Shown in pieces: positions 1 through 6,978 of a DNA stretch of 11,716 nt. The notes beneath the pieces are model-generated. The model made no database searches, had not been told where the DNA came from, and saw only the letters and a list, made by a program, of their open reading frames with translations. The number at the start of each line of letters is the position of its first letter. Position 1 is the stretch's first letter. Source of the stretch: Planctomycetales bacterium (GTDB lineage: Bacteria; 4484-113); the NCBI GenBank assembly GCA_037445915.1, contig JBBIJQ010000061.1, positions 1 through 11,716 on the forward strand, given 5' to 3'. Position numbers and translations under genes: made by a program.

Positions 1-504
<504 letters not shown>

Positions 505-518
505 TTTGTTAACGGATC

Positions 519-543
519 TCCTGTATCCCCGAAGGGAACAGGA
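519..543 (-). other. rRNA leader hairpin with UUCG tetraloop
   Basis: Minus strand reads TCCTGT-TCCC-TTCG-GGGA-T-ACAGGA, just upstream of the mature 16S 5' end. Confidence 0.6.
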
Positions 544-587
544 AAGCTCATGCGGAAATTAATTAGTCGTCCGTACCCAATCCACAA

Positions 588-639
588 CTTTCAATGTTCG
601 CCGTGCGGTAAACCCGCACTGCGCCCGAATCTTCGGGCG
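588..639 (-). promoter_or_regulatory. rrn leader antitermination elements: boxA-like GAACATTGAAAG (588-599) preceded by boxB-like hairpins (603-619, 622-639)
   Basis: The motif resembles the GAACCTTGAAAA-type boxA. Inverted repeats GTGCGG/CCGCAC and CGCCCGAA/TTCGGGCG lie between it and the promoter. Confidence 0.6.
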
Positions 640-646
640 GACAGTT

Positions 647-675
647 AGTCTAGCATCACCATACGCCCGTGTCAA
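647..675 (-). promoter_or_regulatory. rRNA operon proximal promoter (P2-like)
   Basis: Minus strand TTGACA (670-675), 17 bp spacer, TAGACT (647-652), with an extended -10 TG. Confidence 0.85.
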
Positions 676-686
676 TACACCAGCGA

Positions 687-714
687 ATTATATTCGCAAG
701 TTCTTCGCTGCCAA
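687..714 (-). promoter_or_regulatory. rRNA operon distal promoter (P1-like)
   Basis: Minus strand TTGGCA (709-714), 16 bp spacer, TATAAT (687-692). An AT-rich UP-like stretch lies upstream (~726-740). Confidence 0.65.
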
Positions 715-743
715 ACACATGCTCTGAATTTCCTTTTATCTCT

Positions 744-809
744 CATCTACCATCTACCACATCGCTTCTTCCGGCTACCAGCTTATAACTCCGTAACTCC
801 CTCAATTCC
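744..809. repeat. Short imperfect tandem repeats (CATCTAC x2; ATAACTCC/GTAACTCC/CTCAATTCC)
   Basis: Read directly at 744-757 and 785-809. Confidence 0.5.
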
Positions 810-838
810 TTGACTAGGGATAATGCAGCGTGTAAGCT
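810..838 (+). promoter_or_regulatory. sigma70-type promoter for the wzc-like/OPX genes
   Basis: TTGACT (810-815), 17 bp spacer, TAAGCT (833-838). SD-like GGGAGG at 851-856 before ATG 860. Confidence 0.7.
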
Positions 839-859
839 TAAACTTCGCACGGGAGGTTT

Positions 860-2923
860 ATGGGTAGCAGATTCTCCTTCCTTGATGATAACGCACGAGA
901 GCTGGCGCTGCTGGTCCGGCGCAACCTTAAGTTTCTCGTGTGGTTCGCCATATTCACAACGCTTGTGGTCTTCATCATCACGATTAGCCTGCCCCAGGAG
1001 TGGCGGCTGAATGCAACCTTGCAAGTAACCGGCGGCTACGACTCAAGCCTGCTCTCGATGATGTCCTCCGCGACCGGCGTGCAGCTTCCAAGCACCGGCA
1101 GCAGCACGCAGGCGCAAGTGCTGCGCTCGCGCTTTCTGCGCGAAAAAGCCATCGCATCCGAAGCGATGCAGATACAGACGGTGAACCGCGCATGGGGAAC
1201 CCCTTGGGGCCGCGCGTTCAGGTGGTGCTGGAACAAGATTCCCGGCGCGCCGGACATAGGCGTTGAATACTTGAAGCTTGGCGATGCTGTCGTGCCGGAT
1301 GTTTGGTCGCACCGGGTGCTCATCGCGAAAGTCACTGATTCCGGCGGGCTTGCTATCCGCGCGCCCGGTGGAAGTGAGCAGTCTGTGGAGCCCGGCGGCA
1401 AGTATGAACAAGATGGGCTTTCGTTTACCCTTAGAGAAGCGCATGCGCCTGCAGGACGCACCTTCGGCCTGCGGATAGTTTCCCTGCGCGAAGCCAACCG
1501 GCTACTCTCCGAACGCACTGGCGTATATGAGTTGGGACTGAGTTCTGGCGTGCTTGCGGTGGTGCTTACTTGGCGCGACCAGTTTCGCGGCGCTGATTAC
1601 CTGAACGCGCTGGTGAAGGCGTTCACCGACGACAGCGAAGATTACAAGCGCGTGGTGGGAGATGAGAAAGTGGCGTACTTGGACGCGCAGATTGAGATAA
1701 TGAAGCGCGGACTGGCCACTTCCGAAGAGGATTTAAGTAAATACAAGCGCGCCAACGCCACGGTGGAAATCACCGAGGAAAGCAAAGCGCTTATCCAAAG
1801 CTATGCATCGCGCAAGCTGGAATCTGAGCAAATCGCGATGGAATTGAAAGACGCTGACATGCTCCTCGCGCGCCTTAAGAACGGACGCACCGAGGACTTC
1901 CTTCTTTACAGCACTACGCTCCAGCAGGACGCGGTGCAGGTCGCGATTATGCAGCAGCTGGCAACGCTGGCGGGCGAGCGCGCGAAGCTGATGCAGGAAA
2001 TGACGACGGAACACCCGAGCGTCAAGGCGATTGATGCGCAGATAAGTGAGACGAAGTCGTCCATCATGGAAAACCTGCGCAACCGCAAGCGCACGCTGGA
2101 AAGCCGCCAGTCCTCGCTCGGCAAAGTCCTCGGCGGTTACGAAGGGCAGATGCTTGCCATCCCCGGCAAGGAGCGCGACCTGACGACGCTCATGCGCGAC
2201 CGCACCGTTTACGAGAACCTGTACATCTTCCTCGTTAGCAAGCGCCAGGAAGTCGCTGTGCTTGTGGAGTCGCAAAGCACCAGCCTCCGTGCGCTGGACA
2301 AAGCCATCCCGCCTGAATTCCCACTCAAGCCCTCGGTGAAGCTGAACTTCGTGATGGGGCTTCTTTTAGGCTTCTTGTTTGCGCTTGCTTACGTCGCGCT
2401 GCGCCATTACGGCGACGGCAAGCTGCGCAACCTGCGCCATGCATACTCGCTGGGCGCGGGCAAGTGCATCGCGCTGGCAGGGCCGGGAAAGGATGCCGAA
2501 GCTGTGGCGGTTGAAAGGCTTGCTGCTGCGGTGATACGCGAAGTCCCCGCAGGCGGCACCGCCGCCATTGTTGACCTCGCATTCGGATTCGGCGAGCGCT
2601 TGGCGGAAGCTGCGGCGCATAAACTCAATTCGCTGGGGCACAAAGCGCATGTGGCGACCGCCGATGCGCGCGGCGACAACACGGGCTTAACGCTCGTTGT
2701 GTCCGGCGATTTGGTCACAGCGCCATTGCATGCCGAAGCCGCGGCGAAAGCGCCGTTGCGCTTGATTGTCGCGGCAGCGGGCAGAACGCCGGCCAAGGCC
2801 TTTCGCGCGAATGCAGTGATACTGTCGCGTGCGGGCGCGCTGCATTTCATTCTAGTTCCATCCGCGCTGGAAACCGAAGACGCGTACACTGCGGTTACGC
2901 TGGACGGGGAGGTGTGCAAGTGA
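860..2923 (+). CDS. Wzc/GumC-like polysaccharide co-polymerase (Wzz/Etk N-terminal region, coiled coils, GNVR-like region) with a degenerate, shortened BY-kinase domain
   Basis: Two TM helices (FLVWFAIFTTLVVFIITI; LNFVMGLLLGFLFALAYVAL). Family motifs include QVLRSR, YLDAQI..K..L..SE..L..YK, EMTTEHPSV, IPGKERDL..L.R...YENLY.FL..K.QE and LDKAIPPEFPLKP. Confidence 0.9.
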   Translation: MGSRFSFLDDNARELALLVRRNLKFLVWFAIFTTLVVFIITISLPQEWRLNATLQVTGGYDSSLLSMMSSATGVQLPSTGSSTQAQVLRSRFLREKAIASEAMQIQTVNRAWGTPWGRAFRWCWNKIPGAPDIGVEYLKLGDAVVPDVWSHRVLIAKVTDSGGLAIRAPGGSEQSVEPGGKYEQDGLSFTLREAHAPAGRTFGLRIVSLREANRLLSERTGVYELGLSSGVLAVVLTWRDQFRGADYLNALVKAFTDDSEDYKRVVGDEKVAYLDAQIEIMKRGLATSEEDLSKYKRANATVEITEESKALIQSYASRKLESEQIAMELKDADMLLARLKNGRTEDFLLYSTTLQQDAVQVAIMQQLATLAGERAKLMQEMTTEHPSVKAIDAQISETKSSIMENLRNRKRTLESRQSSLGKVLGGYEGQMLAIPGKERDLTTLMRDRTVYENLYIFLVSKRQEVAVLVESQSTSLRALDKAIPPEFPLKPSVKLNFVMGLLLGFLFALAYVALRHYGDGKLRNLRHAYSLGAGKCIALAGPGKDAEAVAVERLAAAVIREVPAGGTAAIVDLAFGFGERLAEAAAHKLNSLGHKAHVATADARGDNTGLTLVVSGDLVTAPLHAEAAAKAPLRLIVAAAGRTPAKAFRANAVILSRAGALHFILVPSALETEDAYTAVTLDGEVCK

Positions 2924-4350
2924 AACGCTTCCTACTCATATTGCTAATGGCATTTGCTTCGCTAAGCCTGTGCGCGCTCGCGCAGGACGCGGGGGACGCT
3001 GGCGGCGCCGACGGCGAAGTTAGCTTCACCTTTGAGTCCCAGGCGCCGATGCCCGGCATGGAAGATTTTATGCCAGCATACCCGCTTTCCGTGGGCGATG
3101 CCCTTACTGTGATTATTTATACGCCTAGCCTTACTGAAATCAAGGCGACTGTTGACCGCAACGGGTTTATCCTTATCCCGCCAGCTGGCAGGATACAGGT
3201 GCTTGGGCTAACATTTGAAGAAGCTGCCGCGCGCGTTGAACTTGAGCTTTCCCCTTACTACAACCAGGTTTCCGTCAGCATTGGCCCCTACAGGCTGTCA
3301 ATGGTGAAGATATTCGTCTTCGGCGCGACTGACCGCGCAGGCGTTTACCAATTGCGCGGGGGCACGACGATGCTTGAATTCCTCCAGCTCCTGAAGCTGA
3401 AGAGCTGGGGGCAATACAGGCAGATCCACCATTACCGCTTCACGTCGTTCTTCCTTGGCGGTGAGACATCAGTTTCAGGCAATCGCAGTTTTTCGGCCGG
3501 CCGGGTAATGCCTGCTGTCGAAACCGGCGAGAGCGTGAACAGCGAACAGGCAGAAAACGCCACGCCTACTCAGGCGGAACTTGGTGCTTCTGTGGATAAC
3601 AGACACGCCATGCTTGCGCTGGTGCAGCGCTACGGCGCGCGCGACACCGTCGTTGACCCAACCGACTTCGTTGCGCTCGGCGAACTCAAGAGCAAGAACT
3701 TCTTGTTGCGCGACGGCGACATCATCTACTTCCAGCTTCCAGGCAAGTCGGTGAGCGTTTACGGGACGACGCGCCCCGGAGTCTATGAAGTGCTTCCCGG
3801 CGAAGGGCTCGTGGAAGTGATGCGCCGAGCAGGCGAAGCTACGCCCGAAAACAACCTACGCAACACAACTATAGAGAGATTGGACGCAACTGGCGCACTG
3901 GCGTTCCAAATCGTTGATTTGGACAAGTATTACTTCTCGCAAGACTTGCCTCCTGTTATCCCGCTGGAAAACGGCGATCGCATCAAAGTTATCCCATACG
4001 AGCAGTCGGTGACAGTCATCGGCGCGGTGAACGACGCGGGCCGCATTGAATATAACTCGCAATTCAGCGTCCTTGATTATATCGCCGCGGCGGGCGGAGG
4101 CAGGAGTGACGCGCAGCGCGAGAAGCTGTTCATCGTTCGCGGAAGCTGGAAGCCCGGCGGGGCTTTTATGATGCGCGATTCGGTGATGGTTAACGCCGAC
4201 GAGTATATCGGGGGGAAGCAAATACAGCTTCCGCCTGTGTTCCCGGGCGATGTGATATACGTTCCGACGAAAGACGAACTCGCGAAGCGTGACATCGCGA
4301 GCATTTTGACCAGTGTCTCGCTCACGGCCATCTCTCTGTTCAAGAATTAA
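2920..4350 (+). CDS. OPX (Wza/KpsD-like) polysaccharide export protein with a Poly_export domain and about three SLBB/beta-grasp domains
   Basis: Poly_export motif YPLSVGDALTV...VDRNGFILIPPAGRIQVLGLT. Repeated V.V.G....G.Y / L..GD.I.V SLBB motifs, an N-terminal signal peptide and a C-terminal amphipathic helix. Start moved to GTG 2920 (SD GGGGAGG 2906-2912; GTGA overlap with the upstream stop). Confidence 0.9.
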   Translation: MKRFLLILLMAFASLSLCALAQDAGDAGGADGEVSFTFESQAPMPGMEDFMPAYPLSVGDALTVIIYTPSLTEIKATVDRNGFILIPPAGRIQVLGLTFEEAAARVELELSPYYNQVSVSIGPYRLSMVKIFVFGATDRAGVYQLRGGTTMLEFLQLLKLKSWGQYRQIHHYRFTSFFLGGETSVSGNRSFSAGRVMPAVETGESVNSEQAENATPTQAELGASVDNRHAMLALVQRYGARDTVVDPTDFVALGELKSKNFLLRDGDIIYFQLPGKSVSVYGTTRPGVYEVLPGEGLVEVMRRAGEATPENNLRNTTIERLDATGALAFQIVDLDKYYFSQDLPPVIPLENGDRIKVIPYEQSVTVIGAVNDAGRIEYNSQFSVLDYIAAAGGGRSDAQREKLFIVRGSWKPGGAFMMRDSVMVNADEYIGGKQIQLPPVFPGDVIYVPTKDELAKRDIASILTSVSLTAISLFKN

Positions 4351-4370
4351 GGGGGGGAAGCCCTGGGGAG

Positions 4371-4379
4371 TGCTAGAAT
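4371..4379 (+). promoter_or_regulatory. Extended -10 promoter (TGCTAGAAT) for the 4406 gene and tmk
   Basis: TGnTAnnnT match 26 bp before ATG 4406, with SD GGAGGT at 4395-4400. No good -35. Confidence 0.55.
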
Positions 4380-4405
4380 CGCAGTGTGCCTAATGGAGGT
4401 GCGCT

Positions 4406-5026
4406 ATGAAGCTTCGGGTATCTTTGGCGGCGGCCATGCTTGCCGCAGTTTTGGTTGTCTTGTGCATTATCGCGGCGGCGGTTACAGCGGATACGATGCC
4501 CGTTAAAGACGATAAGCCTGCGCCGCACTTCGTGCGCATAGGCGTTTATGAGTTTGGCAATGAGACCAACATCAAAGACGCGGGCAGGGATTTCGCGAAG
4601 ATCCTTCGTGACCGTTTCGCCAACAAGTATAAGGATACGCAGTTCGTCCTCATTACGCCCGAGGACAGCGGCTATCCCGAAGGGCCGGTGCTCCTGCGCC
4701 ACGCCCAGCGCCTTGGCGAAAAATACAACGTGGACGCCATAATAGATGGGACCTTTCTTACCTACCAGATAACCGGCGGTTCCTGGCCCGGCCGTGCGAC
4801 TCCCTCACCTGAAGTTTTGGTGCAAGCTGGCATCCGCATCGTTGAGACCAAGGATGGCACCATCTTCCGCAATTATTCTTTCATGCCCACGCAGCCGCAC
4901 ATCTACCCCTCCCGCATCCGCACTCAGTCGGAGTTATGGAACGCCGCGATACGCTACGTGATAGACGAGACCGGCTCGGCGATGTATAAAGACGGCATCT
5001 TCTTCGAGAAAGAGAAGGACGAATAA
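4406..5026 (+). CDS. Secreted hypothetical protein with a CsgG/HfaB/PelC/TolB_N-like alpha/beta fold
   Basis: Signal peptide, then the pattern RIGVYEF.N / helix / FVLI / AQRLGEKYNVDAIIDGT / VQAGIRIVETKDGTI, typical of this fold superfamily. Strong SD. The CDS is secure; the fold is inferred. Confidence 0.7.
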   Translation: MKLRVSLAAAMLAAVLVVLCIIAAAVTADTMPVKDDKPAPHFVRIGVYEFGNETNIKDAGRDFAKILRDRFANKYKDTQFVLITPEDSGYPEGPVLLRHAQRLGEKYNVDAIIDGTFLTYQITGGSWPGRATPSPEVLVQAGIRIVETKDGTIFRNYSFMPTQPHIYPSRIRTQSELWNAAIRYVIDETGSAMYKDGIFFEKEKDE

Positions 5027-5036
5027 ACTTCCGGCG

Positions 5037-5678
5037 ATGGCGCTCCCAGGAATCCTCCTGAGCTTTGAGGGCGGAGAAGGCTGCGGCAAAAGCACGCACG
5101 CTAGGAAGCTTGCTGCAGAACTGAAAGCTAACGGCTATGACGTCCTACACACGCGCGAGCCCGGCGGCACCCCCCTCGGCGAGCGCATCCGCACCGTCTT
5201 GCTGAACAGCAAGGAAGACCTGCATCCCCTTGAAGAATTCCTGCTCTTCTCGGCCGCGCGCGCACACCTCGTGCGAACCGTTCTCCTCCCCGCGCTTGCT
5301 GCCGGCCGCGTCGTCATCATTGACCGCTTCTACCATTCCAGCTACGCCTACCAGGGCGCAGGCGGCCTTGATACGGCATACATGCGCGAAGTTACAAAGC
5401 GGGCGGTGGGCGAATGCGAGCCTGATGCGGTGTTGCTACTGGACATAAGCGCGGAAGCAGGCCTTGCGCGCTGCGCCCAGGCGGGCAAGGCGCAGGGGTG
5501 CGCTGACCGCTTTGAGCGCCGGGGCTTGGAGTTCCACCGCCGCGTGCGCGAGCTGTTCCTTGAAGAGGCGCAGCATGACGCGCGCTTCACCGTGGTGGAC
5601 AGCACAGGCGAGTTTGACGAGGTGCACTTTATCATCCTCGCCGCCGCCCTGCGCGCGATAAGGGCAAAACGGGGTTAG
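5037..5678 (+). CDS. tmk: Thymidylate (dTMP) kinase
   Basis: P-loop FEGGEGCGKST, TREPGGT, LLFSAARA, IIDRFYHSSYAYQG, PD.VLLLD, DRFE. Confidence 0.97.
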   Translation: MALPGILLSFEGGEGCGKSTHARKLAAELKANGYDVLHTREPGGTPLGERIRTVLLNSKEDLHPLEEFLLFSAARAHLVRTVLLPALAAGRVVIIDRFYHSSYAYQGAGGLDTAYMREVTKRAVGECEPDAVLLLDISAEAGLARCAQAGKAQGCADRFERRGLEFHRRVRELFLEEAQHDARFTVVDSTGEFDEVHFIILAAALRAIRAKRG

Positions 5679-5699
5679 CTAGATGCCGGGTAGGTGGAA

Positions 5700-5714
5700 C
5701 CAGCCGCAGGCTGG
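5700..5714 (+). terminator. Possible terminator or stabilising hairpin after tmk
   Basis: CCAGCC-GCA-GGCTGG; the U-tract is weak and displaced. Confidence 0.3.
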
Positions 5715-5730
5715 CAAGCTTCAGTTTCGT

Positions 5731-5772
5731 TCTGGACTCCGGACTCTGTCCTTATCCCTTACCCCTTCTTCA
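5731..5772. repeat. Drifting heptamer tandem repeat
   Basis: TCTGGAC TCCGGAC TCTGTCC TTATCCC TTACCCC TTCTTCA. Confidence 0.6.
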
Positions 5773-5803
5773 GCGTTCTCCCTCACTAATCCACGCGCCC
5801 TCT

Positions 5804-5812
5804 TGCTATAAT
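5804..5812 (+). promoter_or_regulatory. Extended -10 promoter for tRNA-Ser
   Basis: TGCTATAAT ends 12 bp upstream of the tRNA 5' end. Confidence 0.75.
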
Positions 5813-5824
5813 ACTTGCCCCTAC

Positions 5825-5912
5825 GGAGAGGTGGCCGAGTGGTTGAAGGCGGCAGTCTCGAAAACTGTTATGCGGTATCCCCGCATCGGGGGTTCAAATC
5901 CCCCCCTCTCCG
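5825..5912 (+). tRNA. tRNA-Ser(CGA); CCA not encoded
   Basis: Acceptor stem GGAGAGG/CCTCTCC with discriminator G5912. Anticodon arm GCAGT-CT-CGA-AA-ACTGT (anticodon 5859-5861), long variable arm ATGCGG/CCGCAT, T arm GGGGG-TTCAAAT-CCCCC. Confidence 0.97.
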
Positions 5913-5946
5913 CGTTGGAAGATATTCTCCCCTCCAAAAATCCCCT

Positions 5947-5970
5947 CCCCGCTTGCTAAACAACGCGGGG
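5947..5970 (+). terminator. GC-rich hairpin after the tRNA (possible terminator or processing stem)
   Basis: CCCCGC-TTG...CAA-C-GCGGGG; poor U-tract. Confidence 0.35.
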
Positions 5971-5981
5971 GGTTGGCGCGA

Positions 5982-5990
5982 TGATATAAT
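5982..5990 (+). promoter_or_regulatory. Extended -10 promoter for the 6019 gene
   Basis: TGATATAAT 28 bp before ATG 6019; SD-like AAGGA at 6007-6011. Confidence 0.65.
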
Positions 5991-6018
5991 CGCACTCACT
6001 CCATACAAGGATGAAACG

Positions 6019-6777
6019 ATGAAAACAACGATGCGCCTCATTCTGGCCGCAGTTGCCATATTGCTGGCTTCGTTCACCGCCGCCGCGCAGGACGCCCCTG
6101 CGGGGAGCGCAAACACGCAGGCCAAGGTTACCTATAACGTGTCTGACCTCGGCATTGTGGAAGTCCTGGAGACATGGAAAGGGATGAAGATGGAGACAGG
6201 GGTTTACCCCTACTTCTCCGCAGCCAAGGAAAGCGGCATCATCCCGGTGCGCGTGGAGAACTTCGGCTTTTCCGTGAACTTCGCCACGCGCTCTTACCTC
6301 CAAAGCGAAGAGGGCAAGATATACTTCGTCACGCCCGACTTCTACTACGAAGAAAGCCCGCTTGACGTGGACATTACGCTGCACGTTCCCTCCAACCTCT
6401 CGTTCGTGAGCGCGACCATTGAGCCTGCGTCTAACGAGGCCGGGACGATTACCTGGAAGATCCCCGGCGCGGTGCACAAGATGCTCGTCGTGGAGTTCAC
6501 GCAGACCAGCCCCTTCGCCCTTCCCGACTCGCCGACCGGCCCGCTATGGCAGGTTGACCCGGCAACGCTCCCCGAGCTTAACGCTGAGAACATCCCGCAA
6601 TCGCCCGACGAAGCGCTCAAGGAGCTGGAGACCATAATTAAAATGATGCAAAGCGACCCTAAGATGGACCCCGACATGGTTCGCGTGCTGAGGCGTTCGC
6701 TTTCCAAGTTCTACTACTTATTCGCGGTTTACGGGCTGGTGAGAGAATACGTGCCGGAAAAGCCCGCCGAGAGCTAA
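6019..6777 (+). CDS. Secreted hypothetical protein (252 aa): beta-rich N-terminal region, Pro-rich linker, helical C-terminal region
   Basis: The true start is ATG 6019 (MKTTMRLILAAVAILLASFTAAA-QD signal peptide). The track's 5815 start runs through the tRNA. Strongly GC3-biased codons. Confidence 0.85.
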   Translation: MKTTMRLILAAVAILLASFTAAAQDAPAGSANTQAKVTYNVSDLGIVEVLETWKGMKMETGVYPYFSAAKESGIIPVRVENFGFSVNFATRSYLQSEEGKIYFVTPDFYYEESPLDVDITLHVPSNLSFVSATIEPASNEAGTITWKIPGAVHKMLVVEFTQTSPFALPDSPTGPLWQVDPATLPELNAENIPQSPDEALKELETIIKMMQSDPKMDPDMVRVLRRSLSKFYYLFAVYGLVREYVPEKPAES

Positions 6778-6978
6778 CGGCATCGCCCGCGCCCATCTAA
6801 CTAACACCTATTAACACGAGTTATAACGAGCGACATATGCACCATCCCATTTCTCCGCCCGCGAGGCTTTCCTTAAACTTAATGGCGTTCCTGGCGGAAT
6901 TTGCCGCCCGTCCCACCTTCGCAAAGGCCGCACGCACTTCTGCGCCCGCTACATCTGGTTTTAATGCATGAGGGATAA

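Noticed and set aside
684..696. CGAA...TTCG as a Gram-positive-type LexA box
   Set aside because: The spacer is 5 nt rather than the 6 of CGAAC-N4-GTTCG, and the inner C/G are absent.
2471..2494. ALAGPGKD as the Walker A of the Wzc-like protein
   Set aside because: It lacks Ser/Thr after GK and lies upstream of where Walker A aligns in BY-kinases.
5888..5912. tRNA-Ser 3' end as the integration site of an island
   Set aside because: No integrase, and I found no duplicate of the tRNA 3' end in the window.
5815..6018. N-terminal 68 codons of the 320-aa ORF
   Set aside because: They run through tRNA-Ser; a promoter, SD and signal peptide support ATG 6019.
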